DNA of 64,000 nt from Chiloscyllium plagiosum (taxonomy: Eukaryota). Location of the stretch: positions 34,702,667-34,766,666 of the forward strand of contig NC_057718.1 in the NCBI RefSeq assembly GCF_004010195.1, given 5' to 3'. Shown piece by piece: positions 50,496 to 63,758 of the stretch. A program made the position numbers and the translations under genes. How positions within the stretch are numbered: the first letter of the stretch is position 1; each line of letters opens with the position of its first letter. The notes under the pieces are model-generated. The model saw only the letters and a list, made by a program, of their open reading frames with translations, made no database searches and had not been told where the DNA came from.

Positions 50496-53400
50496 CGATG
50501 AAGCAGCCCCCACCATAGCTGGGATAAGTGGCATTTCATCAAAGGGACTTATTCATGATTTACTGAGAAATATGAGTGGATAGCAGGAAGTGAACTAATC
50601 TTCTATAAGAGTTAAGATGACTTGAATCATTCATACCCATCATTTTAACATTGAGATTAGATTATACTCTGAATTGCATTTTGTTCTATTATAATAATGT
50701 GGACCAGATGTTGAGCATGTTTGGTGTCAGTTCGTTTTACCATTTTTAGTCAAAGTCCTGTGTGAGGTGGGTGCTGTGGATAAATTTCATTTTTTTAACA
50801 TGAGGCAATTCTTTTGCTGTTGGATAAAAATAGCAACTCAAGTGTAACGGATAGTGGTAAAGTGGGTAACACAAATACTGCCTCATTTCTGAAGAGCCAA
50901 GTGCTCTCTAAGATCACATCTTTATGTTGTAGTTACAGTTTCCTGTATACTCAACTTCAAAATTGTTTCCCTGCTTTTGCTAGCAACAAATGATACTGGT
51001 CACACGAGGGTATAAAATGCTCTTGTAAAGATCAGAAGCAATCTGCTCCTTACAGGAAAATTTTATTATGTACATACGTCACCTTTAAGTAAAGGTTATT
51101 TTGTTCGGGACAGGCGAACACACAATCCTTAACATTCCTACAGGTGGTCCATCAGAAATTTGGGGCAGAACCATTTCCAGCAGATTTTTCCATTTTCTGG
51201 TAGCGATGACAAAATCCAACACCAAGGTTACAGATCTCTGTTCTGCCTCTCCTGCATCTAGTTTGATCTCAGGTAGAAAGTCATGTTCTTCCAATCACTT
51301 CCACCATACAGTCAGTTGTAATTTCATCGACATGAATCAATCATACTCATCCAGGAGTTGTGAAGTGGATTCACAATGCTCCATCAGACTGAGGCAAATA
51401 ATCTAAAGGTTATTGTAAAGATTGCCATTTGGAAACCTGGGGACCAAGAGCAGAGCATCATTTATTGAGTGGCACCATTTAGGTCTGACTGACTTTCTGC
51501 CCAGCCACCCTCCATCATCCCCACTAGTGAAAACTTCAAGATGCTGTTTTGAAAATGCAGCTGTTATTCAAAAACCACTCTGGGTACTTGCCCTACTTAA
51601 AAGATGTACATAATGTATTTTCTTGCTGAACAATGCCAGCCATTAGCATTTTTAAATGATAGGAGCATTTCCATCCATTTGCCAACAAGCCATGTCTCCA
51701 TCCCAGTCTCTTCCACTGGGATTGGGAGTGGGAAGCGTCAATCAATCAGGTTAGCTGGAGGCTAAATGGAAAGCCACTAGAACCGAATGGATCATCTGGA
51801 ATATGTGATGGGAGATGATCAGAACTAACCATCATATTTCACTGTCTTTCAGCATTGCTACAAAACTCGAATGTAAAAACAAAACTTTGTTCACTTGATT
51901 TCTTAGATTACCAGGTGTAGGAATGGGGCATATGGAGGAAAGTTTGTTGCTTGGGCCTAACTGATCAGGCCTGAGGCTGTCCATTGCATCTCATAACAAT
52001 TTCTGCAAAGCAAAGTACTGACAAAGTGTTGGGAAATACAAGGTCATGTCACAGGGACCCTGTGGTAAGTGGGTGCCAAGATCAAGTGAAGATTCTGGGC
52101 AGGGTTCAGGTCAGGGAACATGTCTATGATCAGGCAAGGATGAGTGTTAATGAATCATGGGAACAAGGAACCATCAGCAACTGAGGATCAAAAGAAGAGA
52201 TAAATGCCAGAGTAGGGATCTAGGGATTAGAAATTTGGGAGATGCATATGAGAAATGTATTCCTGCTCCCATTGTCTGGACAATTCACACCCACTCATGC
52301 TCCCAAGGTTTCTCCCCCAACCACCATCCCTTGCAGAGTACTTCCTAATTTTTACCTGATAGTTGGTCATGCTGTGTGATAATTTCCTTTACTGGGCAGC
52401 TGAGAGGGCCACCAGCTGTTCCACATTTTCATGAATTACGTAGACCTACCTGCCCCAAACATGTATTATAACATGTCTCAAGCAGTCAATTAAAAACTAT
52501 CCACATTCTTGGTTGGCAAGTGATCCTTGTGGCTGCTCTTTGCTGAGTGTAGAAAGCAATGATTTAGGCCGCCTCAGTGACAGAACACCTCAAATAGTCA
52601 TTACGCCCTTTGCGTGCATATAGACAAAGTCCGAATAGCTTCAGTTGTGGGTAACAGACATCTTTTTCTCCTCTTCCAATGTCAAAAGTGAGTATAAAGG
52701 AGCTGTGAATAAAAGATATAGATACCTAGAGAGTAACTAACATGGATTGATAAAGTGATTTTGTTCCTGGTGCTGGATTAATGGGACATAATTCCTCCCT
52801 AAGGACTCCTGCAACTGTGGACCTTTATCAAAGATTTGTCAGCCAACTCCTTGATCAGCAGTACCAACTTCCAGGTCTATGATCTCTAAGGACATTTTTG
52901 TGGATATGATTGAGAAATCTTAGGCAGATTTGTACTGTTTGAGATGCAGCATATCATCATTGAGATGCTAAATGCAGAAATGTGTGTTTTTTTCAAATTC
53001 AGTGGGAAAGACATTTCTGCAGGTAAGGGACTTCATGGTTCAGACTAGATGGAGTCCCTAATCCACTCATCAATAAAGAGTTCAATGGCCCATTCCTTCC
53101 AGGAGGTCCACAGCCACACTGGCTATCCTAATAAGAATGCTAGGCTGACTCACCATGTTGCCAGCTCTCTCACAGGGCCTGGATGCAAATCTGAAATGAC
53201 AAAGGCCATAAAAATCCTGCCTTATCGATGTGGCATGGATTCTCTAGTCCCAATGACCACTGGCCCACAAGCAGGAAGTGTCCTTCTATTGACTTGGTGA
53301 CCTGTACATTTAATACTGGGGCATGGCTCAGCTGGCTGCAAAATGCCAATGTGGCCTCGAGGTCACCTCCTAATGGGTTACTTTAAATGACTGACCACCT

Positions 53401-54384
53401 ACAAGGAGCAAACAGTTGATTCTATTCCCAGTCTGACCTGAGAAAGCTCACTGTTAGCAGGAATGCATTGAGGGTCTGTTCTTTTACAGTTTTCACTTAA
53501 TTCCTATCTACCCTTTCCACCACTGCACCATCGTGGGCTGTGAAAGTTCAGCCCATTGACATTAGGTCTCTCAATTACCCCCGCAGGCCATTCCTTCTGC
53601 CAATGAACAAAGCATGAGGGAGGTGGTGGCAATTAGATGAAAGAAACACTTTAGATTGTATAGGGGAGATTTTTGGCATCAATGTGCTGAATGGCTTTTT
53701 CTACTCTGCAACAGTTCTGTGTGTAATCTGGAAACTGTGTGATATTAAAATCCAAAGATGAGTATTGCCATCAGTAGCCATATTTGCATAGAAGGAAAGG
53801 CCGCTAGGGCAAGTCTATAGGATGCTGCATTCCAAAAGCATTATACCTGAAGGTGGTGCCTGTAAGCATAATATAAAGATGAGTTAGAACAGTGCTCCGT
53901 GCTTGAATGGAAAGTTTCTCTTAGTTCAAACATGTAAAAACTGGATTTGAGTTTAACAGAAAAACACATAGTTTGAAACACTTTCAACATTTCATATACA
54001 TTGGAGTGCTACAATGTAAATGAGGTGTTACCATTGCCTGAGGTAGCTCAGAATATCAACGAGTCTTTTGTTCCCAAACCACTCAGGACACAAATATAAG
54101 CAGCTGCATAAACATTAACGGTAATTGTAAATAAAAAGAGCAATGCTGCTTTCACATTGATGGAGTGTAGTAATCTTGTCCCTGGACTGGAGCAAGTCCA
54201 CAGCCACAAATTGGAAATGCACAGACATGATTTTAAACCAACTGTGGGCTGCTGACTTACTGTAATCCCTCCAATGTTTACCCCTCTCCTCCCCAAAGGA
54301 AGAACCAATTGAAAGAGTTGAACAGAGTGTGTGAGTGAACCAAGCAATCGCAGAAAAATTTAATGCTGTCATAAAGTATTGCAT

Positions 54385-54726
54385 CATCTACCAGGCCCAC
54401 TGTCAAGGAAGGCCGACAGCATTCTCAAAGATCCATCCCACCCTGGTAATGCTTTTCTACAATCTCTACCATCGGGGAGAAGGTACAGAAGCCTGAACAC
54501 AGGCACCAGCCAGTTTTGTAACAGTTTCTACCTACTGTTGTTAGAATACTGAATGGACTCACAAATTCTTAGCATTCACCTATACCTGTGTTTTGGTTTT
54601 TGCAGCTGTTTACCTATTACTTACTTATCTATACTATTTAACGATTTGATCTGCCTGTATCATTCACAAGACAAAGCTTTTCACTGTGCCTTGGTACACG
54701 TGACAATAAGTTCAATTCAATTCAAT
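54385..54726 (+). mobile_element. Rex1/Babar-clade LINE 3' end
   Basis: ADSILKDPSHPGNAFLQSLPSGRRYRSLNT...NSFY. Tail CTTTTCACTG...ACACGTGACAATAA(TTCAA)n. Confidence 0.8.
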
Positions 54727-54934
54727 GTAAGTGTGTCACTGCATCCAGGTCCCACCGCAGTACAGGACTGTGGTGATGACAACTGCTTTCTACACATGGA
54801 CTTCTGTTGAATTATGAAGGTCACTGTTGTTAAAATCACTGCTTTCATCTGTAGAAGGCTAGGCTAACACAGCTCATCTGGTGTTGGACCTCCTTGTCAT
54901 GAGGGATCATGATGACTGCCAAGGTATGGGAGGT

Positions 54935-55061
54935 AGGCGAAAGTGAGTACTGCAGATGCTGGTGATTAGAGTCAAGAGTGTAGTGTTGGAAAAGCGCAGC
55001 AGGTCAAGCAGCATCTGAGGAGCAGGGGAATTGATGTTTCGGGCAAAAGGCTTTCATCAGA
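54935..55061 (-). mobile_element. 127-bp PLE family A tail insertion with a decayed hammerhead, inside an RTE relic
   Basis: TSD AAGGTATG(G/A)GAGGT at 54921-54934 and 55062-55075. The flank encodes IEGKTLEYVGHLSYL (RTE-like). Confidence 0.8.
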
Positions 55062-56701
55062 AAGGTATGAGAGGTGCCCAACATATTCCAGAGTTTTTCC
55101 TTCAATATATATGTAGGAGCTGGACAACGTGGCTAACCAAGTGTGGATTGATATACCAGTCACTCAGAATGGTGACAGCTCGATCATCAAGCTGCATCAC
55201 ACTTTGAGAATGTCTGAATAATAATGGACAGACTTTGCAGGAAAAAGAAGGAAAAGGAAAAAAATCTTGCACTTGGGATCCCATTTCTTAGTTTGTGATT
55301 TATGCATCTAAAGATTGTCAAAAATTGACCTGTTCAGTCACATGAAGACCAAAGGCAGAAACTTTTGACCCAGAATAGATGTCATCCTCGAACCAGGGGA
55401 CAACCAATAATGATGATAGCATATATGAGTTGAAAAAATGAGGGATATGCAAAAAACATGATTGGTGCTGTAATGGCTATACAGAAATAAAAGAGATCCA
55501 AGAGATTATAAAAGAAAAGATATAAATACAAGTTATTTTACTCTTTTTTTCTTGTGAGTTATAATTGCAACTTTCATTCTCCTGATAAAAAGGACTCATG
55601 AACTGTACATGAACTAGTCAATAGAACCTATTTGAATTGGTTGAAAAGCCTTAATTCCTCTGTTTCTACTTGATACTGCCTTGTACATTTGACTTCAATC
55701 CTCACATTTTGAGCGTTAAGAAGGTTTAGAGATCAGGTCATTGTTGCTAATCCTTCTCCTTAACAGCCCTGTCTCAAAACTTAGAATTTTCAGTCAATTA
55801 TCTTTGCTGTGGAGTAGTTATATGTTGAACCAGTGAGTGTATCTCTCCTATCATATGCACCCTCCCACCCCTATATATGAAACACTGCCTTCAGATATGT
55901 AAAACCTGATAATCAAAAGCTATGCAAAATACATAGCTATGAGGTCATGAAATAAGAAGTACAGAGGAATTTGTATTTATACAAATATACATTTCACCAC
56001 TTGATCAAAATAATAACTTACAGCTCCATTGATAACTTTGTGCTGCTTCCACTGACTCTATTCCAATCCCTGTTTCATGTTGAATAAGTCAATTAACAAC
56101 TTTAACATTCTACTCAAGCAGAAGCTATATTAAACTCATATCTTCTCCATTATAAAGTCAGTCTATTTTCAGCTTCATAACATTGTCCAACTTTTTTTTT
56201 AACCCTCTCTACCGATTGCTAAAATACACATCCAGTCCTTTGACTCCTTCAATGCAATTGATGAGCTTCTGGTCACTCTGTAGATTCCACTATAAACTGA
56301 AATCCTTTCAAACTTCTGCTACACATATCCTATTCCATACCAGGTCACACTCACCTTTGATCCTTTGAAGGTATATGTTGGCTTCAGGTTCTCAATGCTT
56401 CAAATTTAAAATTGGTTAGGCCAAGATTTATTATCCACCATAATTGCTGTTGAGAAGGTGGTGATGAGCTGCTTTCAAAAATGGCTGCATTCCATGAATA
56501 CAGTTAGAGAGAGAGTTCCCAGAGTTTCAGCCAACAACTCTGAAAAAATGGTGATGTATTTCCAGATCAGGATGGTCTCTGGCTTGGAGAGAACTTGCAG
56601 AAAATGGCATTCCTCATGTACCTGCTGTCCTTTCCCTTTCAAATGGTAGAATTTTAGAAGGTGTTGTCAAAGGAACCTGGGCAAGTTGCTGCACCACGTC
56701 T

Positions 56702-56800
56702 GGCAGCTTCCGAGGAGCAAGATGCTGCCTGGCCTGCTGCGCTTTTCCAGCATAACACTTTTCAACTCTGGTCTCCAGCATCTGCAGTCCTCACTTTCTC
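56702..56800 (+). mobile_element. 99-bp PLE family A tail insertion with a short 5' inversion
   Basis: ~20-bp imperfect TSD CAAGTTGCTGCACCACGTCT / CAAGTTGTTGCACCATATCT at 56682-56701 and 56801-56820. Confidence 0.78.
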
Positions 56801-57240
56801 CAAGTTGTTGCACCATATCTTGTACGTTATACACACTGCTGCTACTGTGGTTTGGGTTGGGGAGAACCAATGTTTAAGATGGTGGATGAAGTGTCTATCA
56901 GGCAGGTTGCTTTGTCCTGGATTGAGCCAGGTTTTTTGAGTGTTAGAGTAGGATTCATCTAGATTAGTGATAAGTGTTTCATCACATTCCTAATTTGTGC
57001 CTCATCATTGGTAGACAGGCTTTGGGGAGACTGGTAGTGAGTTACTTGACACAGAATTCCTAATCACTGACCTGCTCTTGTAAACATTGTGTTTATATAA
57101 CCGGACAAGTTCAGTTTCTGGTCAATGGCAAACCCCCAAGACATTAATAGCAGTAGGTTCAACAATGGTAATGCCATTGCATGGCAAAGTGAGATGGTTA
57201 GATTCCCTCTTATAGAGATGGCCATTTTCTGCACTTGTGT

Positions 57241-58078
57241 AGAGTCATAGAGTCATAGAGATGTACAGCATGGAAACAGACCCTTTGGTCCAACCCGTCC
57301 ATGCGAATCAGATATCCCAACCCAATCTAATCCCACCTGCCAGCACCCAGTCCATATCCATCCAAACCCTTCCTATTCAAATACTCATCCAAATTACTTT
57401 TGTATGTTGCAATTTTTCTAGCCTCCACCACTTCCTCTGGTAACTCATTCCATACACGTGCCCCCCTCTGTATGAAAAAATTGCCACTTAGGTCTCTTTT
57501 ATATCTTTCCCTTCTCACCCTAAACTTATGCCCTCTAGTTCTGGACTCCCCAACCCCAGGGAAAAGACTTTGCCTATTTATCCTATCCATGCCCCACATA
57601 ATTTTATAAACCTCTATAAGGTCATCCCTCAGCCTCCGACACTCCAGGGAAAACAGTCCCAGCCTGTTCAGCCTCTCCCTGTAGCTCAAATCCTCCAACT
57701 CTGGCAACATCCTTGTAAATCTTTTCTGAACCTTTTCAAGTTTCACAACATCTTTCCAATAGGAAGGAGACCAGAATTGCACGCAATATTCCAACAATGG
57801 CCTAACCAATGTCCTGTACAGTCGCAACATGACGTCCCAACTCCTGTACACAATACTCTGACCAATAAAGGAAAGCATACCAAACACCGCCTTCACTATC
57901 CTATCTACCTGTGACTCCATTTTCAAGGAGCTATGAACATGCACTCCAAGGTCTCTTTGGCCCATCTGACCAAGTTTCTGTTGTAATCTGATGGGCCAAT
58001 GGGCTGAGAAGTGGCAGATGGAATTTAATTCAGATAAATGCGAGGTGCTGCATTTTGGGAAAGCAAATCGTAGGAAGT
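57241..58078 (-). mobile_element. CR1 LINE 3' part with a rearranged, inverted 5' end
   Basis: ORF 57327-57965. The segment 57990-58078 is CR1 sequence on the plus strand. Confidence 0.93.
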
Positions 58079-58658
58079 TTACTTACCACTTGCCAGACCA
58101 ACACTGAATGTTGCCCAGGTTTTGTGCACATGGGTACAGAATGCTGCAATATTTGAAGAGGTACAAATGATGCTGAACGTTGCATAATCGTTAGTGAACA
58201 TCCCAACATCTGATCTTATGATGGAGGGAAGATCATTTGACAAACCAGCTGAAGATAGTTGCACCTTTTAAACTACCCTGAGGAAATTGTACAGTGATGT
58301 CCCAGGACTGAGATGATTAACCTCCAACAACCACAGCTGTCTTCATTTGCACTCGGTATGACTGCAATCAGTGGAGAATTCACCACCCCTCCCCCGATTC
58401 CCTTTGACTCTAATGTTGTTTGGATTTCTTGATGCCATACAAGATCAAACGCAGCCTTGATGTCTGAGGGCAGTCACTCTCACCTCAAGTGTTGAGTTCA
58501 ATTCGTTTGTCTGGACCATGGCTGCCATGAGGATAGGAACCAAATGGCCCAGTCAAAATCCAAGTTGAGCATTGATGAGCAGGTTATTGCTGAATAAGTG
58601 TCACTTGAGCCCTTCCATCATTAGGCTGATGATCAAAAGATGGAGAGATAATGAGGTG

Positions 58659-59401
58659 AAGATGGCGGCAAGTAGGACACTCAAGCCGGAGCTCCTCTGC
58701 TCGCCAGTTCATTTTCCTTTTTCTTTCTTTGTTTCCTCTTTTCTGCAGATTTTCTTCACCAACCCCCAACCTGTAACTTCTTAAACTACCCTCCCTGGAG
58801 GGAATGGAGAATGGAGGTGATTCTGAGTCCAGCCTGGCACAGGAGATGAGTGGGAGACCATGCCAGTGTGGGAGGCAGGTCCCAGAGGTGACTCATGTCT
58901 GGAGCCCGTAGCGGGAGCAGACTGAGCCCAGGCCAGCCTGGGAGATGAATCCTGGAGGCGGGTTATGGCCAGAGCCTGGAGCCCAGAACCCGGAGCCCAG
59001 AGCTCGGAGTGGGAGCAGACTGAGCCCAGGCCAGCCTGTGAGAAGAGTCCCGGAGGTGAGTCCTGGAAGCCTGTTCAGGCCGGAGGCCAGCATGTGAAGA
59101 TAGCAAGGCCTGGAATTCTGAAGCCAGGTGAGCACAGACTCAGTGAAAAGGACTATAATTTGAGTACTTTTAAAGATACCTTTTATTATTCTGCACTTTG
59201 ACTAAGTTGAGTACATTTTAAGACTTTGTATTCCTATGCTAGATTTTTTAAAAACTCTTTTAATTCAGTAACAAACACTTAAAGTATCTGTACCTAGGTA
59301 CCCATTGCCTAAGGCGGCACCAAAGCATTGCCATTACAAACTTTTCACTGCACTCATTCAAACACACGTGACAATAAAAACTATTCTATCGTATTCAATT
59401 C
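58659..59401 (+). mobile_element. Non-coding insertion with a Rex1-like tail
   Basis: Starts AAGATGGCGGC. Internal duplicate GGGAGCAGACTGAGCCC(C)AGGCCAGCCTG at ~58913 and ~59011. Tail CTTTTCACTG...ACACGTGACAATAA is shared with 54678-54709. Confidence 0.65.
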
Positions 59402-59544
59402 TAATTAGCCTGGCTGGATTTATCCTGCTTCATATGGATATGATATGCCAAGTCAATTTTCCACATTGGTAGATGGATGTCAATGTCTTAGTTGTCCTGA
59501 AACAGCTTGGTTGTGTGTACAAGCAAGTTCTGCAGTACTCAGTG

Positions 59545-59850
59545 TCATTGTAGTAATGTCATTGCCTTTTAATCCAGAGGACCAGTTAATGTTCTGGGGA
59601 CATTGGTTTAAATCCCACTTGCTGGTTTTTCAATTCAAGTCATAATTCTGAAATTAACTCTAATCTCAATAATGGTGCCATGAAACCATTGTCAATTTTG
59701 ATTTTTAAAAATCTGATATTAATGCCCTCAGAGAAGGAAATTTGCCATTTTACCTAGTTTGTACGAAATGTGTCTCCAGACCCAAAACAATGTGGCTCAC
59801 TCTTAACTGCTCTCTGAAATGTCGTAGCAAGCCACTCAATTGTATCAAAC
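59545..59850 (+). mobile_element. SINE-like repeat (same family as 25270-25580)
   Basis: B-box-like GGTTTAAATCCC and a colinear body. Confidence 0.65.
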
Positions 59851-59959
59851 CTGTTTATGAACACATAACCTCAGCTCAAACTCTTCAAGCTTGTTTCATT
59901 TCTTTCTATGGTAATACTGAGTATCAGCACTGTCAAGACCACAGATTAGAACCACAGAT

Positions 59960-61110
59960 TTACGTATGTGTTAAACTTGTATTTAAAAGATTGTTTTTAA
60001 AAGAAGTGGCATACAGCCACAAAGAACTGCAGATATGAATTCAGTGGCCATCTGGAAACAGATGCTGGAATGTCATCCCTGAAATGTGTCAAGAAAACTC
60101 CAAAGGAATGGACTTGATTAGGAGAAATGAACTACAAAAAGAACTGTAATCTTCGAGGAGTTATCTCACCTGCACACATGATGAGACGAAAGGCAGCAGT
60201 TTGGGCAAAAAACATGTTGTGTCTCTTCCCCATTCAGGAATGCACAAGAACAGTTGTTAAAGGTCAATTCAAATTCATCTGTGAGTGCTAGTGGAAAAGC
60301 TAGCAGGCTGAGGGGCTTGTGTGTGCCAATGGGCTGAGGTACTAGTGCAACTAGCTTTGGTTGGTGTGCTTAGAAGAACCATCCATGAGTCATTGCAGAC
60401 AGAGAATTCACTCAATCTAAGTGTTGGCTAGCCAGCAAGCAGGCCAAAGCAAACAGGACAAAGAAATTCTAACTAACTTGCAAAGCCAAGAATCTGAAAC
60501 TCAACTGTTCAACTAACAATGCTCCCCTATCTACTCTTCACAGGTTAGGTCAGGTGGCTACCCGGCTGATTTAGGATGTAGAATGATATCAACAGTGTGG
60601 GCTTAATTCCCATACTGGCTAAGATTAATATGAAAGATTATCTTTCTCAACATTTCCCATTATCTGAGGTGTGGTGATACTTAGGTTAATCCAATGGCAG
60701 TCATCTTTCTCTAATGTCAGAACAGGACCATGGTCTGGTAAGATTATGGTGAATTTACTTTATTACTCTTTACAAATGATCTACTGAGACTGGTCTGAAT
60801 ATCTTTAACTTTTATCTTTTATTGGACTCACTTCTCAGTTCTATCCTATATGTTTGCATGTGTGTCTGTGTTACATGATTTAGTAATAAAGAAATCAATT
60901 CTTTTGTTCACTGAAGAAAGTCAAGTTGAATTGACTTCTTTTAAAATATAAATTTACTTGATTTGGGAAAAAGATCACATGCAGGGAAAGAACCCTTTGT
61001 AAACTAATCTTTTGCAATCAACTGAGGAGCTGGATGAATAAAGAAGGGGAGCCAGTTGTCCCTCTTCATCCGAGAGCTTGGCAACTCGGGGTATCTCATC
61101 TGGAATGTAG
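59960..61110 (+). mobile_element. Solo-LTR-like repeat (copy 3 of 3) with a nested SINE at ~60540-60765
   Basis: 60860-61100 is similar to the reverse complement of 16620-16860, with AATAAA near 60866. The left boundary is uncertain. Confidence 0.5.
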
Positions 61111-63361
61111 TAGTCTGGTTAGGAAACGTTGCAGAGTCTGGTCCTAATAGCACAGACTATTAGACATATAGCCACTTTGAGAATTTATCAGCAGACGGAT
61201 GCTAGCTCTGTGTCCAAACCACCATTTACACTCTCTGTATCCAAGTCACACAGAAAGCTTAGACCTTCTAAGTCTTTGCAGACACTTTTATGGGTCATTT
61301 TTTTCAGAGGGGTCAGCAGCCCAATGTACCCAAGTAAATGATTGTGCAAGAGGAGCGCATAAGGAACTGAACGCACATTCTGCGAACTAATTGCTCCTCA
61401 GTTGCGTGTTTTAGTTTTAGATGCTAACATGCAGCTTGAAAGGGTTCACCACATTTTATCTTTTTCCCCTCCCAAATGAATTCGACAGTCAGTTGATTGT
61501 AACTATTTAGATTCAGTGTTACTTATTCTTATAGGTTTTATGGACTCTAGAAAAGCATTCCAGTTTGCTGATAAATAAACTGCCTTTTAACTTTACAAAG
61601 ATTTAATCGTTGTCAGTTTGAGGTTATTAGAAGGTAAAAATAGAACTGATGAATTACAACATTGTAATATGGGTTGATACTTGATGTCCACTGGCTGCAG
61701 AATGAGACTTCGATTTGTGACATTTACAAGCTGCCTTTAAATGCTGGCTCCTTCAGTTCATTCCTAGACTGCAGCTGAATTCAGCTAAAGCCAAAAAAAT
61801 CATTCATCCCTTTTAATTCAATTCTAGCACCTCATATTAATATCGAATAACAGTACACTAATCAAGAGGAAGCTTGAAAAAAGAAAGATCAAAGAATGGA
61901 AAGTAGGAATAATCATTTACAAAAAGAAAAAAATATTCTGCATTCTTCATGTTTTATAGTCAACCAACAAAATATGGGACTTATGAATGGGTATAAACTC
62001 AATCAATAGGACACCGTTTGGAGAAGGCAACTTAATAGACTTTAATTCCCTTCATGCCCCAATTTCTCCTTTCCTCTCCTGAAGAGTCTGACTCCTCTTT
62101 GATGTTACTCCATGAGAGCTAGCAGTCGTCATAAGCAGCTATTCTTTGAGTTTAAACCAACGGAATGGTCAAGAATTACTCTGTGGGCTTTGGAACATGG
62201 GAAAATGGAGGTTGAAGCCTGCACAATGGGGGAAAACAGTCACCTGATTTTCCTCAAATTGTGGCCATCCAATTAAGCACAGTAGATAGGGGCTCAAAGT
62301 AACTGGGCCAATAGAAGATCTTCCAGAACTTGGAGATGTGAGAAATTTCCTCTTCAGGAAAATACCTGTTTCAGTGAAAACCCTCTGATTTCTCTGGGAT
62401 GAAGTGAAAAGCCAGGGACATTACTAATTTCACAAGCCTGCTTCCTAGGGGAACAGGGAAGGAGGAAGAGTAGATGTTATTTTGTGCAACTCCTGATCTC
62501 TAACTTCCACCTACACAAACAGTAGAGTGTAGACATGAGGCAGTAGCACTTGTACAGGGATGACTGAGGTTTCTCAAGCACAGAATCTTACGTGCAGGTT
62601 ATTGAGAGGGTGGTGGCCTCCATTTTCAAGTGCCCTCTCTCCAACTATTTTAACTTTATTTTAACTTAAACAGAAATCAGTATTTGGGCCACCATTGTCT
62701 TCAATAAGCAATAAACATAGAATATATGCTATCTTCATTTCCCACCACCCTTCTTCCATCCAATAGGAAAATGGGCCAGTGGCAGGATGCAGGCAGGAAC
62801 TTGCATGCCAGTTGACGAAAAGTACCTAGAAATTCAATTGTCCAGAGTTAGTGCTTTCCAGCCAAAAATAGATGCTGCATGACATTATATTTTGTACAGC
62901 TTGCTCACATTCGTTTCATGCCAGATATGCGTCACAGGCACCTGCCCAAAACTCGAGCTTGTTTTTTTGCAAATCAGGAACCCTTTGGGAAATTTGGTAA
63001 CTGACCACAATCTGCGGTGTTAATACTATGTGCAGTTTGTCTGATGCTCAGACGCCAATAGCAACCTAAAGGGATCACCCGAGGCAGTCACCAGAAAGAT
63101 CAGATAGCTTCCAAGCCAACTTGTGAAACATATGAAACCAAAATACTTTAAGAAAGCTTGTTTGTTTTCTTTACATAGCTAGTTTCCATATTCAAAGAAA
63201 CTCTCTTTTCCTTCTGCCTGTTTTTTTTCAAGATTTCAATACAGTCAACTAATTAATCCCCTATACCTGATCACCTTTTTACCCTTAACGCCTAGATTAA
63301 CAGTTAACAGAATCAGATGTTAATGTGAAAAGCAATTTGCTGTAAGTTTTGGCTTTCCCAG

Positions 63362-63758
63362 AATAGAACATAGAACATAGAACAACACAGCGCAGAACAG
63401 GCCCTTCGGCCCTCAATGTTGTGCCGACCTGTGAACTATTCTCAGCTTGTCCCCCTACACTATCCCATCATCATCCATGTGCTTACCCAAGGATTGTTTA
63501 AATCTCCCTAATGTGGCTGAGTTGACTACATTGGCAGGCAGGGCATTCCAAACCCTTACCACTCTCTGTGTAAAGAACATGCCTCTGACGTCTGTCTTAA
63601 ATCTATCACCTCTCAATTTGTAGTTATGCCCCCTCATACAAGCTGACGTCATCATCCTCAGAAAAAGACCTTCACCGTCTACCCTTTCTAATCCTCTAAC
63701 CATCTTGTAAGTCTCTATCAAATCCCCTCTTCGCCTTCTTCTAACTCCACAATGAAAC
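63362..63758 (-). mobile_element. CR1 LINE 3' end, distinct subfamily
   Basis: ORF 63455-63772 (RRRGDLIETYK...FFTQRVVRVWNALP) and an (ATGTTCT)n tail. Confidence 0.92.

Larger units (their letters stand above)
56425..59540 (-). mobile_element. Old L2/CR1-group LINE hosting three nested insertions
   Basis: The 3' end mirrors 18165-18510. The RT relic NDLPSIIRSDVGMFTNDYATF lies at 58180-58240. Confidence 0.7.

Noticed and set aside
51085..51406. Overlapping 69-aa and 101-aa ORFs in unique sequence
   Set aside because: No recognisable domain or consistent splice signals, and the lengths are within chance expectation.
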